NCBI GenBank assembly: GCA_964346725.1
Contig: CAYFVM010000007.1
Span: 2,470 to 66,469, forward strand
DNA length: 64,000 nt
Reading direction: 5' to 3'
DNA from: an uncultured Bacteroidales bacterium
Lineage (GTDB): Bacteria; Bacteroidota; Bacteroidia; Bacteroidales; UBA1715
In this document: positions 47,745-57,463 of the stretch, piece by piece
Layout of the letters: every line of letters starts with the position of its first letter
Position numbering within the stretch: position 1 is the first letter of the stretch
The notes under the pieces: generated by a model
Database searches by the model: none
Told to the model about the DNA's origin: nothing
What the model saw: only the letters and a program-made list of their open reading frames with translations
Translations under genes and position numbers: made by a program

Positions 47745-48989
47745 CTATTGATTGTTTTTTGACTTATAGTAAAGTGTTGTGTCATTGGTTTCTGCAAAAA
47801 GTGTATCCGAAACTCGTTTAATATCAACAAGAGATACGTCTGAATAATTCTGAAGTCGCGTGTTTACAAGATTTGTATCCCCTAAATTTGCGTAGTATGC
47901 GAGCGCTCTTGATTTAGAAAGCACGTCAATTTCATTCAGGATTGTTGAACTTTCAAATTTGTTTTTAACTTTTTGTAGTTCATAGTCAAAAACAAAGCCT
48001 TCACGTATTTTCTGTAATTCACTTAGAATGGCTTTTTCTGCTGCATCCATAGAAATAGATGGATTCAAGTTACCTGAAATAATAAACAATCCTGGGTCAA
48101 TTTCTCCTGATATATAGGCATTTATGTCACTAAACAATTTTTGGTCTTGTACTAACTTTTGGTAAAGTCTAGATGAATTTCCATTAGAAAGTATGTCTGA
48201 AATCAAATCGGTTGTATAAAAGTCATTTTCAAGTTGACCGCACATGTGAAATACTTTGATAATGCACGATGCTGGCACGTCACGTTCTACCGTAAGTGTA
48301 CGTTTTTCGGTTTGTGTCGGTTCTATAGGTAAATTGCGTGTTGCAATATTTCGGCGTGGAATAGGACCAAACCATTTTTTTGCCAATAGTTTCACCGTCT
48401 TAAGCGACACGTTTCCCGATATTGCAATTATTGCATTATTGGGTGCATAGTGGCTATAAAAAAAGTCTTTTACCTCTTTTATGTTAGCTTCTTCTATATG
48501 ACTCAATTCTTTTCCTATTGTTGCCCATTGATATGGGTGAACTTTGTAGGCCAATGGCCGAAGAAGGAGCGTTATGTCGCCGTAGGGACGATTTAAGTAA
48601 CGTTGTTTAAACTCTTCGCACACTACATTTCGCTGAACATCAAGACTTTTCTGTGAAAAATCCAACTCCAGCATTCTATCTGATTCCAACCAAAATGCAG
48701 TCTCTAAATTTTGACTGGGAACTGTGATGTAATAGTTGGTAATGTCGGTTGTAGTAAATGCATTATTTTCTCCACCAACTTTTTGTAGAGGGGTGTCAAA
48801 CGAAGGTATATGTTTAGAACCGCCGAACATGAGGTGCTCAAAAAGATGAGCAAATCCGGTACGTTCGGGCAATTCGTCTTTGGAACCTACATTGTATAGT
48901 GTGTTTACCACAACAAATGGTGTTGTTTTGTCAATATTGACTATAAAATGTAGTCCATTTTGTAATTCAAATTCTTCGTATTGTATCAT
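47745..48989 (-). CDS. M16-family zinc peptidase (insulinase/pitrilysin type), catalytic-type subunit
   Basis: Inverted zinc motif HLFEHLMFGGS. The start is taken at MIQYEEFELQNG (ATG 48989). Confidence 0.88.
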   Translation of the reverse strand: MIQYEEFELQNGLHFIVNIDKTTPFVVVNTLYNVGSKDELPERTGFAHLFEHLMFGGSKHIPSFDTPLQKVGGENNAFTTTDITNYYITVPSQNLETAFWLESDRMLELDFSQKSLDVQRNVVCEEFKQRYLNRPYGDITLLLRPLAYKVHPYQWATIGKELSHIEEANIKEVKDFFYSHYAPNNAIIAISGNVSLKTVKLLAKKWFGPIPRRNIATRNLPIEPTQTEKRTLTVERDVPASCIIKVFHMCGQLENDFYTTDLISDILSNGNSSRLYQKLVQDQKLFSDINAYISGEIDPGLFIISGNLNPSISMDAAEKAILSELQKIREGFVFDYELQKVKNKFESSTILNEIDVLSKSRALAYYANLGDTNLVNTRLQNYSDVSLVDIKRVSDTLFAETNDTTLYYKSKNNQ

Positions 48990-49003
48990 TCTACTGCCAA
49001 ATA

Positions 49004-49396
49004 TTAATTTTCCGGAGTACGGAAAGATTTTATATTTCCGTAATAGTAATCGTTGTGAACGCGAATGTAACCGCAATAGTAGAATTTAGTATCCGGTTGT
49101 GGCCCTTTTAAATCACTGAGCGATAAGGTTACGATGTATGTGTTTCCTTGAAAATTCTTCGTAGTTGCTTCTGTACCTGCTCCATCTTCAACAGTACTGC
49201 GAGAGGTGCTGTATAGAACCCCAATTTCTTTGCATTCATCTAAGGAAATGTCGTCAGATTCTATTTCACAAGACACCGATGCGTATACTGCTGAGATGTC
49301 GTAAGCATCGCCTGTCTTTATTTCTACATCATCTTCGCAGGCACTAAAAATTGCCTGCGAAGATAGGATGCTGAGAAGATATAGAAACCTCTTCAT
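49004..49396 (-). CDS. Small hypothetical lipoprotein (Fn3/Ig-like)
   Basis: The internal start gives MKRFLYLLSILSSQAIFSAC (lipobox). It is the first gene of the M16/T9SS-cargo operon. Confidence 0.55.
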   Translation of the reverse strand: MKRFLYLLSILSSQAIFSACEDDVEIKTGDAYDISAVYASVSCEIESDDISLDECKEIGVLYSTSRSTVEDGAGTEATTKNFQGNTYIVTLSLSDLKGPQPDTKFYYCGYIRVHNDYYYGNIKSFRTPEN

Positions 49397-49418
49397 TGTC
49401 AATGTTTTATAAAAACAC

Positions 49419-50618
49419 TTATTTGTTTGCAACGAGATCATATGTATCACGAGCAATCATTAGTTCTTCATCTGTTGGAATTAAACAAACTGTTACTTTT
49501 GAATCTTCTGCTGATACAATTGCTTCCTGGCTACGCACGTGATTGCGTTCAGCATCCATTTTTATTCCAATGTATTCCATGTCGCTTAAGCTATCCATTC
49601 TAACGCCTTCTTGGTTTTCACCAACACCAGCAGTCCAAACTATGATATCAACACCACCCATAGCTGCTGCATATCCACCAATGTATTTTTTGATACGGTA
49701 GTTATACATTTGAAGAGCAAGGTGAGCAAGTTTATTGCCATCTTTGTCGGCTTGTTCTATATCGCGCATGTCGCTTGATAGTTTTGTAACACCAAGAACA
49801 CCACATTCTTTGTTCATCATTTCAACCATTTCTTGTGGTTGTTTGTTTAACTTTTGCATAAGATAGGTAAGGATAGATGGATCAACGTCGCCACTGCGAG
49901 TTCCCATCATAAGTCCTGCAAGTGGAGTTAACCCCATTGATGTGTCAATACATTCTCCGAATTTTACTGCCGAAATGCTTGCTCCATTACCAATGTGACA
50001 TGTGATGATGCGTTGTGTTTTGATGTCTTTCCCAAGAAATTCACATACGCGTTGTGCTACATAGCGGTGGCTAGTTCCGTGGAATCCATAGCGACGTACG
50101 TGCCATTTTTCATACCATTCCAAAGGAAGAGCATATAAATATGCATAGTCAGGCATTGTGCTATGGAAAGCGTTATCAAATACCGATACTTGTGGGATAT
50201 TTGGCATTAATTCTTGTACTGCTTTAATGCCATGCAAATTGTTTGCGTTATGAACAGGAGCAAGGTCGCAGAGTTCTTTTATAACTTCTTCTACGTGTTC
50301 GTCAACGAGCACACTTTTATTGAATTTTTCGCCGCCATGAACAACACGATGACCAACTGCGTCAATTTCATCAAGACTTTTGATTGCTCCAATTTCAGGG
50401 TCGGTAAGAAGTGCGAGCACGAAACCTACACCTTCTTTGTGGTTTTTCATGTCGTGCATGATTTGTTTCTTACTGCCATCGGGCATTGTAATTTTTACAA
50501 ATGCGTTATCAAGTCCGATACGTTCTGCGCCACCTTGACTGATTACGCTTTCGTTCTCCATGTTGAACAATTTGTACTTGATTGAAGAACTTCCGCAATT
50601 TAGAACTAAGATTTTCAT
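49419..50618 (-). CDS. ackA: Acetate kinase
   Basis: MKILVLNCGSSSIKY, plus the GFHGTSH and GENQ regions. Confidence 0.95.
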   Translation of the reverse strand: MKILVLNCGSSSIKYKLFNMENESVISQGGAERIGLDNAFVKITMPDGSKKQIMHDMKNHKEGVGFVLALLTDPEIGAIKSLDEIDAVGHRVVHGGEKFNKSVLVDEHVEEVIKELCDLAPVHNANNLHGIKAVQELMPNIPQVSVFDNAFHSTMPDYAYLYALPLEWYEKWHVRRYGFHGTSHRYVAQRVCEFLGKDIKTQRIITCHIGNGASISAVKFGECIDTSMGLTPLAGLMMGTRSGDVDPSILTYLMQKLNKQPQEMVEMMNKECGVLGVTKLSSDMRDIEQADKDGNKLAHLALQMYNYRIKKYIGGYAAAMGGVDIIVWTAGVGENQEGVRMDSLSDMEYIGIKMDAERNHVRSQEAIVSAEDSKVTVCLIPTDEELMIARDTYDLVANK

Positions 50619-50631
50619 GTGTCAGTTAGGG

Positions 50632-50666
50632 TTTTAAAAAGAGATGTCATTGTGTATGACATCTCT
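50632..50666 (-). terminator. Strong hairpin plus T-run between pta and ackA (terminator or attenuator-like)
   Basis: AGAGATGTCAT-tgtgt-ATGACATCTCT is a perfect 11-bp stem (50640-50666). On the transcribed minus strand it is followed by TTTTTAAAA. Confidence 0.55.
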
Positions 50667-50676
50667 ATGGTGAATA

Positions 50677-51687
50677 TTATTGTTTTTTGCTATTAATTGC
50701 TTGTGTTGCTGTGATTGCAATAACGTTTACAATATCTGATACGAAACATCCGCGTGACAAGTCGTTGATAGGAGCCGCCAAGCCTTGTAGAATTGGTCCA
50801 TACGCTTCGGCATGTCCAAAACGTTGTGCCATTTTGTATGCAATATTTCCTGCATTCAAATCAGGGAAAACCAAAACGTTGGCACGACCTTTAAGAACGC
50901 TCTCTGGAGCTTTTTTAGCTGCAATATTTGGAACTATAGCTGCGTCTAATTGTAGTTCTCCGTCGATTATCAAGTTTGGATTCATTTCTTTAGCAATTCT
51001 AGTTGCGTTTACTATTTTGTCAACCGTTTCGTGCGATGCACTTCCGTGTGAAGAGAAACTCAACATAGCAATGCGAGGTTCCATGCCCATCAAGTCTTGT
51101 GCTGTTTTGGCGCTAGTTACTGCAATTTCTGCCAATTGTTTTTCATCAGGATATGGATTTACACCGCAGTCAGCAAATAAAAATACACCGTCTTCGCCAT
51201 ATTCTTTATCTTTAAAAATGATGAGGAACGCACCAGAAACAATTCCTGTGCCTTGAGCTGTTTTTATGATTTGAAATCCAGGACGAAGCACATTGCTTGT
51301 AGAGTTTTCTGCACCCGCAACTTCACCGTCGGCATCACCTGCTTTAATCATTGTAGTAGCAAGATAGAGTGGGTTTTGAATGGTTTTGCGTGCCGTTTCC
51401 ATATCCATTCCTTTGCTTTTGCGAAGTTCATAAATCAAGTTCGCATATTCTTCCTTTTTAGGATGATTTTCTGGATCAATAATCGTTGCTTTAGGCAAAT
51501 AGGTGAGATTATTATCTTTTGCGAATTTTGCAATAAAATCAGGTTTTGATAAGATTATAATATCAGCAAATCCTTCTTTGATAACAATGTCTGCGGCTTT
51601 GAGCGTACGTTCTTCCGTGCCTTCTGCCAAAACGATTTTTTGTATGTTTGTTTTAGCTTTTTCTTTGAAATATTTTATGAAATCCAT
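50677..51687 (-). CDS. pta: Phosphate acetyltransferase (short form, PTA domain only)
   Basis: 336 aa with a typical PTA_PTB fold pattern (the GAENSTSNVLRPGFQIIKT, DCGVNP and SRGCFVSDIVN regions). It lies next to ackA. Confidence 0.92.
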   Translation of the reverse strand: MDFIKYFKEKAKTNIQKIVLAEGTEERTLKAADIVIKEGFADIIILSKPDFIAKFAKDNNLTYLPKATIIDPENHPKKEEYANLIYELRKSKGMDMETARKTIQNPLYLATTMIKAGDADGEVAGAENSTSNVLRPGFQIIKTAQGTGIVSGAFLIIFKDKEYGEDGVFLFADCGVNPYPDEKQLAEIAVTSAKTAQDLMGMEPRIAMLSFSSHGSASHETVDKIVNATRIAKEMNPNLIIDGELQLDAAIVPNIAAKKAPESVLKGRANVLVFPDLNAGNIAYKMAQRFGHAEAYGPILQGLAAPINDLSRGCFVSDIVNVIAITATQAINSKKQ

Positions 51688-51706
51688 ACCAAACTATATT
51701 CAGGTT

Positions 51707-51740
51707 AAAAACTGAGAGAGACGCTTTCTGCACGCCTCTC
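51707..51740 (-). terminator. Intrinsic terminator after the phosphohexomutase gene
   Basis: The minus strand reads GAGAGGCG-tgcagaaag-CGTCTCTC (8 bp including one G-U pair), followed by TCAGTTTTT. Confidence 0.55.
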
Positions 51741-51748
51741 CTTAAAAC

Positions 51749-53557
51749 TTATATTCCCAATGACTTTTTGAGTCCTTCAATTTTTTTATCCAAATCGGAT
51801 TGAGCCTTCTTGAGTTCTTCTTTATTTGCAATGTCTGTTTTCACTCCAAAGTAGAACTTAATAAGCGGTTCAGTTCCCGAAGGGCGAGCTGTTACTTTAG
51901 AACCATCTTCTGCGAAGAATTGCAATACGTTTGATTTTGGTAGATCGATTTTTTCGGTTTTTCCTGTTTTGCAATCAGTTGTGATAGCGTTTCCATAATC
52001 CTTGATGCACACGATTGGCGAACCATTCAATTCTTTTGGAGGGTTGCTTCTAAATGCTTCCATCATGGCTTGGATAGCTTCTTTTCCTGCTTTTCCTTCT
52101 TTTTCAATAGAGTAGAGAGATTCTTTGTACATGCCATATTCAACGTATGTTTCAACAAGAACATCGTACAAACTTTTTCCTTCATTTTTTGCTACAGCAG
52201 CTGCTTCTGCTACAAGAGCGCAAGCACTTACAGCGTCTTTGTCGCGAACGAAATCGCCGGCTAAGTAACCGTAACTTTCTTCGCCACCGCCAATGTATTG
52301 CATTTTACCTTCCAATACACGGATTTTTTCTCCAATGTATTTGAATCCAGTAAGAACGTCAAACATTGTTACGCCAAATTTTTCGCAGAGGTCTGTGATT
52401 AATTCTGTTGTAACGATAGTTTTTACCACAAATTCTTTGCCTTGTATTTTGCCTGCTTTTTGCCAAGCTGAAAGTAAATATTGTGTAAGAACGGTTGCTG
52501 TTTGGTTTCCGTTAAGAATTACGTAATCTCCTTCAGAATTTTTTACAACAATACCAACACGGTCGCCATCAGGGTCAGTTGCCATAATAATGTCGGCATT
52601 CATTTCTTTACCTTTTGCTATGGCAAGTTTCATTGCCGATTCTTTTTCTGGGTTAGGAGAACCGGTAACTTCGTGAATTTTGTTCAACCATTCTGTTTCT
52701 GAATTGAAATCTTCTTCTTTTACTTCGCCAATACCCGGTTTGCGTAATGAAGGAAATTCTCCTGAAACAATTGCTTGTTCTTCAACTACGTGAACATTTT
52801 CAAAACCTAATTCATTGAGTACACGTGGAACCAATTTGATACCTGTTCCGTGAATAGGAGTGTATACAATCTTTAAGTCTTTTTGTTCCTTAATAATGTC
52901 ACCATTGATTGACAATCTTTTGATTGCGTCAATGTATGGGCAGTCAATTTCTTCGTCCCACAATGTGATGTTTTCTGGATTTCCTTTCCATTTTACATCA
53001 TCAACGCTTTTAATTTTATTTACTTCGGCAATTACATTATTGTCGTGAGGCGGAATCAATTGGCAACCATCTGACCAATATGCTTTGTAACCGTTGTATT
53101 TTGCGGAATTGTGAGAAGCGGTAATGTTTACACCCGCTTGGCATCCCAAATGACGAATTGCAAATGACAATTCAGGAGTTGGGCGAAGTTCTTTTGAAAG
53201 AAATACTTTGAATCCGTTGGCCGCAAAAATATTGGCTGTAGTTTCAGCAAATAATCGACTGCGTAAACGGCAATCGTGGATAACTGCTACTTTAATTTGT
53301 TCTGCATTAGGAGTTGCTTTTTTTATGTAGTTCGCAAAACCTTGTGTAGCCATACCAACAGTGTAGATGTTCATTTTGTTGGTTCCAACGCCTATAACTC
53401 CGCGCAAACCACCGGTTCCAAATTCAAGATTTTGGTAAAAAGCGTTTTCCAACTCAGGGTCATTGGTCTCAATTAAATGACGAATTTCCTTTTTCGTTTT
53501 TTCGTCATAATTTCCGTCAAGCCATTGTTGAGCTTTGTTGAGTATTTCTTTGTCCAT
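51749..53557 (-). CDS. Alpha-D-phosphohexomutase (phosphoglucomutase/phosphomannomutase family)
   Basis: The active-site Ser loop is ITASHNSAKYNGYK, the Mg loop is ATDPDGDR, and the sugar loop is GGEESYG. Confidence 0.9.
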   Translation of the reverse strand: MDKEILNKAQQWLDGNYDEKTKKEIRHLIETNDPELENAFYQNLEFGTGGLRGVIGVGTNKMNIYTVGMATQGFANYIKKATPNAEQIKVAVIHDCRLRSRLFAETTANIFAANGFKVFLSKELRPTPELSFAIRHLGCQAGVNITASHNSAKYNGYKAYWSDGCQLIPPHDNNVIAEVNKIKSVDDVKWKGNPENITLWDEEIDCPYIDAIKRLSINGDIIKEQKDLKIVYTPIHGTGIKLVPRVLNELGFENVHVVEEQAIVSGEFPSLRKPGIGEVKEEDFNSETEWLNKIHEVTGSPNPEKESAMKLAIAKGKEMNADIIMATDPDGDRVGIVVKNSEGDYVILNGNQTATVLTQYLLSAWQKAGKIQGKEFVVKTIVTTELITDLCEKFGVTMFDVLTGFKYIGEKIRVLEGKMQYIGGGEESYGYLAGDFVRDKDAVSACALVAEAAAVAKNEGKSLYDVLVETYVEYGMYKESLYSIEKEGKAGKEAIQAMMEAFRSNPPKELNGSPIVCIKDYGNAITTDCKTGKTEKIDLPKSNVLQFFAEDGSKVTARPSGTEPLIKFYFGVKTDIANKEELKKAQSDLDKKIEGLKKSLGI

Positions 53558-53680
53558 TTGTTAAATGTTATCTAAATTTATAATTACGCCAAAATTAAAA
53601 ATAAATCTGATTTAGAGAAAGAATGAGAGTCTAAAAATAGTATAAAATGTATAGTGTTTTTTAGATTTTTCCAGACGTGT

Positions 53681-54856
53681 TTATTCTATTTCCAAAACCA
53701 ATCCTTTTAGATATTCTCCTTCAGGGTGATAAATGCTAATAGGGTGATCGGCAGGTTGGGTAAGTTGGTGCAAAATGCGCACTTTGCGTTTTGTGTTGGC
53801 TGCCGCTGCAAATACCGATTTGCGGAATTCTTCTTTGCTTACTGCTTGTGAGCAGGAGAATGTGAACAAGATGCCACCTTTTTTAATTTGTTGTATGGCT
53901 TTCATGTTCAATTTTTTATAGCCTTGTAGTGCTTGGTTGAGCACTTTGTTGTGTTTTGCAAATGCAGGTGGGTCAAGGATTATAAGGTCAAACTCATCTT
54001 TGTTGTTGTCCAGATATTTGAACGTGTCGCTTACGACAGATTGATGGTTTGAATCGGGGTAGTTGAGTCCAACGGTTTTGTCGGTAAGCTCAATAGCGCG
54101 TGCTGAGCAATCCACAGAGACAACTTTGCTTGCGCCACCGCAGAGTGCATATACCGAAAATCCGCCGGTGTAGCAGAATGTGTTGAGTACGGTCTTTCCT
54201 TGTGAATATTTTTCTACAAGTTTGCGATTTTCTCGTTGATCAATGAAAAAACCGGTTTTTTGTCCTTGTATCCAATCTATAAAGAATGTGTTGCCGTATT
54301 CTTTTGCCAATTCGGTAGTAATTTCTCCCCACAACAGACCGTCTTTGCATTCAATTCCGCCTTTGAATGGGAGTGTGCCTTCGCTTTTATTATAGATTGC
54401 AGCGAGTTTTTCGCCCATGGTTTGTTTGAGTGCCGAAACAATGTTGTCTAAGTTTCGATACATTCCCACGGAGTGACATTGCACTACGGCCGTTCCGTTG
54501 TAAAAATCTACAACTAATCCCGAAAGATTGTCGCCTTCGCCATGAACCAAACGATAACAATTTGTTTCGGAAGAATCTGTCAGTCCGAGTTGTTTGCGAT
54601 AATTATAGGCCGAAGCAATTCTTTCGTCCCAAAATGCTTGGCCTATCGCAATGTCGTCAAAACTGAGTATGCGCACGGCAATTGACGAGTTTTGGTAATG
54701 TCCGATGGCTAAAAATTCGTTGTCGGCAGAAAACACTTGTACCAAATCGCCTTCTTTGGGTGTGGCTGACATTTTTTGAATAGCACCAGAGAATATCCAA
54801 GGATGTAATCTCTTGCTGCTTTGTTCTTTGCCCGGTCGTAATGTTATTTTTATCAT
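53681..54856 (-). CDS. RlmI/RlmK-like class I SAM-dependent rRNA methyltransferase with a PUA domain
   Basis: The start at MIKITLRPGKE has an ATGA overlap with the exonuclease stop. Motif I is LNTFCYTGGFSVYA and motif IV is LIILDPPAFAK. Confidence 0.85.
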   Translation of the reverse strand: MIKITLRPGKEQSSKRLHPWIFSGAIQKMSATPKEGDLVQVFSADNEFLAIGHYQNSSIAVRILSFDDIAIGQAFWDERIASAYNYRKQLGLTDSSETNCYRLVHGEGDNLSGLVVDFYNGTAVVQCHSVGMYRNLDNIVSALKQTMGEKLAAIYNKSEGTLPFKGGIECKDGLLWGEITTELAKEYGNTFFIDWIQGQKTGFFIDQRENRKLVEKYSQGKTVLNTFCYTGGFSVYALCGGASKVVSVDCSARAIELTDKTVGLNYPDSNHQSVVSDTFKYLDNNKDEFDLIILDPPAFAKHNKVLNQALQGYKKLNMKAIQQIKKGGILFTFSCSQAVSKEEFRKSVFAAAANTKRKVRILHQLTQPADHPISIYHPEGEYLKGLVLEIE

Positions 54857-55440
54857 AGGGTATATGGTAACAGTTTTTGGTATATTTTGAGGCTCACCCA
54901 CGCATCGGTTGCGGCGTAGAGTTTTTGAGCTTCGGTCAAATCATTGTTATCCCAATTCGATAATTGTTGACGTTTTGAAATGCGAAAATCAAGAGCAATG
55001 GGCGTAAGCCGTTTTAAACCCATGGCATCAATGTTCAACTGCTTTGCAATCGTTTGCAAGTCAATAAAGTTGTTTGCGGTGAAATCACGTAATTTTTGCA
55101 AGCATCGCACATCATCATGCACAGCGACGCCAGTTTTTACAATATTTTCTGCACTTAGCAATTTAACGACAGACAAGGGCATTCCAATTTTTCTGAGTTG
55201 GAAAAGAAATGCATCCGTTTCGGTGCTCAGTTGGAGGAGAGCTACCGAATTTGTTTTGTGTTTGGTAAAAGACGGACGCGTTTCTGTGTCAAAACCAAGT
55301 TCGCTATGTGTTGACAAGAATTCCGCGGCTTTTTCAGCTTTGTCTAGGTCGTCAACAACGTGAATCGTACCTTCAAAGGCGCGAACAGGGTAATTTTCTA
55401 GTTCTTCTTTGCTAATTGTTGTAATTTCTGGATATGTCAT
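54853..55440 (-). CDS. RNase D/WRN-type 3'-5' exonuclease (DEDDy)
   Basis: Exo I is LGFDTETRP and Exo III is YAATDAWV. 195 aa, single domain. Confidence 0.85.
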   Translation of the reverse strand: MTYPEITTISKEELENYPVRAFEGTIHVVDDLDKAEKAAEFLSTHSELGFDTETRPSFTKHKTNSVALLQLSTETDAFLFQLRKIGMPLSVVKLLSAENIVKTGVAVHDDVRCLQKLRDFTANNFIDLQTIAKQLNIDAMGLKRLTPIALDFRISKRQQLSNWDNNDLTEAQKLYAATDAWVSLKIYQKLLPYTL

Positions 55441-55958
55441 TCGTTTTCTTTGTCTATGGTAGAATCTGAAGCATATAATAAATTATGAAATTCGTTCATG
55501 ATAGCGAGTGCTCTGGTTCCCCAATATAATTTATAGTTCATAATAAATTCAGCTGCAGCAGCTTGTAGTCCTTCGTCGGACGTGTCTTTGCACAATTCTG
55601 CAAAGTTGCGAGCATCTTGAAAAATGTCGGCAAAGCATTCCGAAATATAGGTTTCAATGCTTTCGCCGCTCGTGTAATTGTCGGGCTCAATTATTTCTAT
55701 GCGATTGTCGTCCGGACCAAGTTTTGTTTCTACTAGTTGTCTAATGTATTCCCAGTCTTTTTCGGTAACAAATTTTTCGCAGCTATCTTCTGCTTCAAAA
55801 TCGTTTGCCAAAATTGTTGTTTTCATGTAGAGTAGAGCCAGTAGTTTGTGCGTTTTATCAATAAATGCTTTTTTCGAGAAAGAACTTGTTGATTCGAGTG
55901 TGGAACATAGTTCTACAACGACTGCCACTAATTCTACGATACTTTTTTTCTCTGCCAT
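55437..55958 (-). CDS. Acidic helical hypothetical protein (DUF5063-like guess)
   Basis: 173 aa. It has an ATGA overlap with the exonuclease gene and starts 2 nt after the symporter stop. The family name comes from memory only. Confidence 0.5.
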   Translation of the reverse strand: MAEKKSIVELVAVVVELCSTLESTSSFSKKAFIDKTHKLLALLYMKTTILANDFEAEDSCEKFVTEKDWEYIRQLVETKLGPDDNRIEIIEPDNYTSGESIETYISECFADIFQDARNFAELCKDTSDEGLQAAAAEFIMNYKLYWGTRALAIMNEFHNLLYASDSTIDKENE

Positions 55959-55959
55959 A

Positions 55960-57441
55960 TTATGCTAGTTTTACCGTGTTTCGTTTGCTTATAAAAAATA
56001 ATCCAATAATAGTGATAAGTGCATTGAAAATGAGTATTTCAAACCCAAATTTATATCCGTTGAATAATACTTCAGAGTACATACTTACTATGTAGCTGAT
56101 GATTGGCGACAAAATGGCGATAATTGGAACAAATTTGTCGTTGACTATGCGATTTTTGATTACGAGACCGAACGTAAACAAACCTAACAACGGACCATAG
56201 GTGTAGCCAGCAATGTCAAACAAAGTTTTGATAAGAGAATCGTTGTGGAAAGGGCGGAACAAAATAATGATACCAAAATAAATCGCTGCAAATATGATAT
56301 GTGTTCTTTTGCGAATTTTAGTTTTTTTGTTTTCATCATATTTTTCCGCTTTATCAAAATTTAAAATATCAAAACAGAATGTTGTGGTAAGTGAGGTAAG
56401 AGTTCCATCGGCACTTGAGTACCCTGCTGCAACTAAACCAATTGTAAACACAATGCCTGTGACTGCATTTAAATGAAATGCAATGGCCGGAAATATGCTA
56501 TCGGATTTTTCAGGAAGTTCAAAGCCCGTTTGTGAAGAATAAAAGAGCAATGCAACACCCAATACAAGGAACATTAAATTTACAAAAATGAGTGACAAAC
56601 TAAAACTGAACATATTTTTTTGAGCATCACGCAACGAACGGCATGTTAAGTTTTTCTGCATCATATCTTGGTCTAAGCCTGTCATTGCTATGGTAATGAA
56701 TGCGCCACTCAGTATTTGTTTTACAATATAATTATTGGAACGCCAATCGCTTTCAATCAATTTGGTGTATCCTTTTTCTCCGGCTTGTTTCATCATGTCA
56801 ATAAATGAAATATCCATTTTGTCGAGCAGGCAAAATACTGTAATAACTGTAGCTAAAAGCATAAATGTAGTTTGTAGTGTGTCGGTCCAAACAACTGTTT
56901 TGATGCCACCTTTGAACGTGTAAACTAATATGAGTGCAATAAACGCCAATGCCAGAACCCAAAAAGGTATTCCTATGCTTTTGAAAACAAATTCATACAA
57001 TACGTACACTACCAAATACATGCGCAATGCAGAACCAATGAGGCGTGAAATTATAAAAAAGAAAGAACCCGTTTTTTGTGAGTTTTCCCCAAAACGTTTC
57101 GCAAGATATGTATAGATAGACGTAAGGTTGAGCTTGTAGTATAGTGGAAGTAAAATTAAAGCTATGGCAGCGTAGCCAAATAAGTATCCAAAAACAACCC
57201 CAAAATAGGTAAATTGCGTTGTTTGTACATAGCCGGGAACCGACATAAATGTAACGCCCGACAACGATGCTCCAATCATGCCGTATGCCACAACATACCA
57301 TGGCGACTGGCGGTTTCCGGTAAAGAAAGATTCGTTATTCGCTTTGCGAGAGGTTATGTGGGAAATTAAAATCAATAATCCGAAATATGCTATGACTATT
57401 GCTGCAATCAAATATGGATGTATAATCGTAGGAGAATTCAT
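55960..57441 (-). CDS. Sodium:solute symporter (SSF) family transporter
   Basis: About 13 TM segments and the N-terminal SSF block FFTGNRQSPWYVVAYGMIGASLSG. The start at ATG 57441 is preferred because a TACTTTTG promoter motif lies inside the longer ORF-track call (to 57510). Confidence 0.85.
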   Translation of the reverse strand: MNSPTIIHPYLIAAIVIAYFGLLILISHITSRKANNESFFTGNRQSPWYVVAYGMIGASLSGVTFMSVPGYVQTTQFTYFGVVFGYLFGYAAIALILLPLYYKLNLTSIYTYLAKRFGENSQKTGSFFFIISRLIGSALRMYLVVYVLYEFVFKSIGIPFWVLALAFIALILVYTFKGGIKTVVWTDTLQTTFMLLATVITVFCLLDKMDISFIDMMKQAGEKGYTKLIESDWRSNNYIVKQILSGAFITIAMTGLDQDMMQKNLTCRSLRDAQKNMFSFSLSLIFVNLMFLVLGVALLFYSSQTGFELPEKSDSIFPAIAFHLNAVTGIVFTIGLVAAGYSSADGTLTSLTTTFCFDILNFDKAEKYDENKKTKIRKRTHIIFAAIYFGIIILFRPFHNDSLIKTLFDIAGYTYGPLLGLFTFGLVIKNRIVNDKFVPIIAILSPIISYIVSMYSEVLFNGYKFGFEILIFNALITIIGLFFISKRNTVKLA

Positions 57442-57455
57442 AATTTTATTTTGCA

Positions 57456-57463
57456 CAAAAGTA
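57456..57463 (-). promoter_or_regulatory. TAnnTTTG -7 promoter motif for the symporter operon
   Basis: The minus strand reads TACTTTTG, 14 nt upstream of ATG 57441. Confidence 0.5.
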
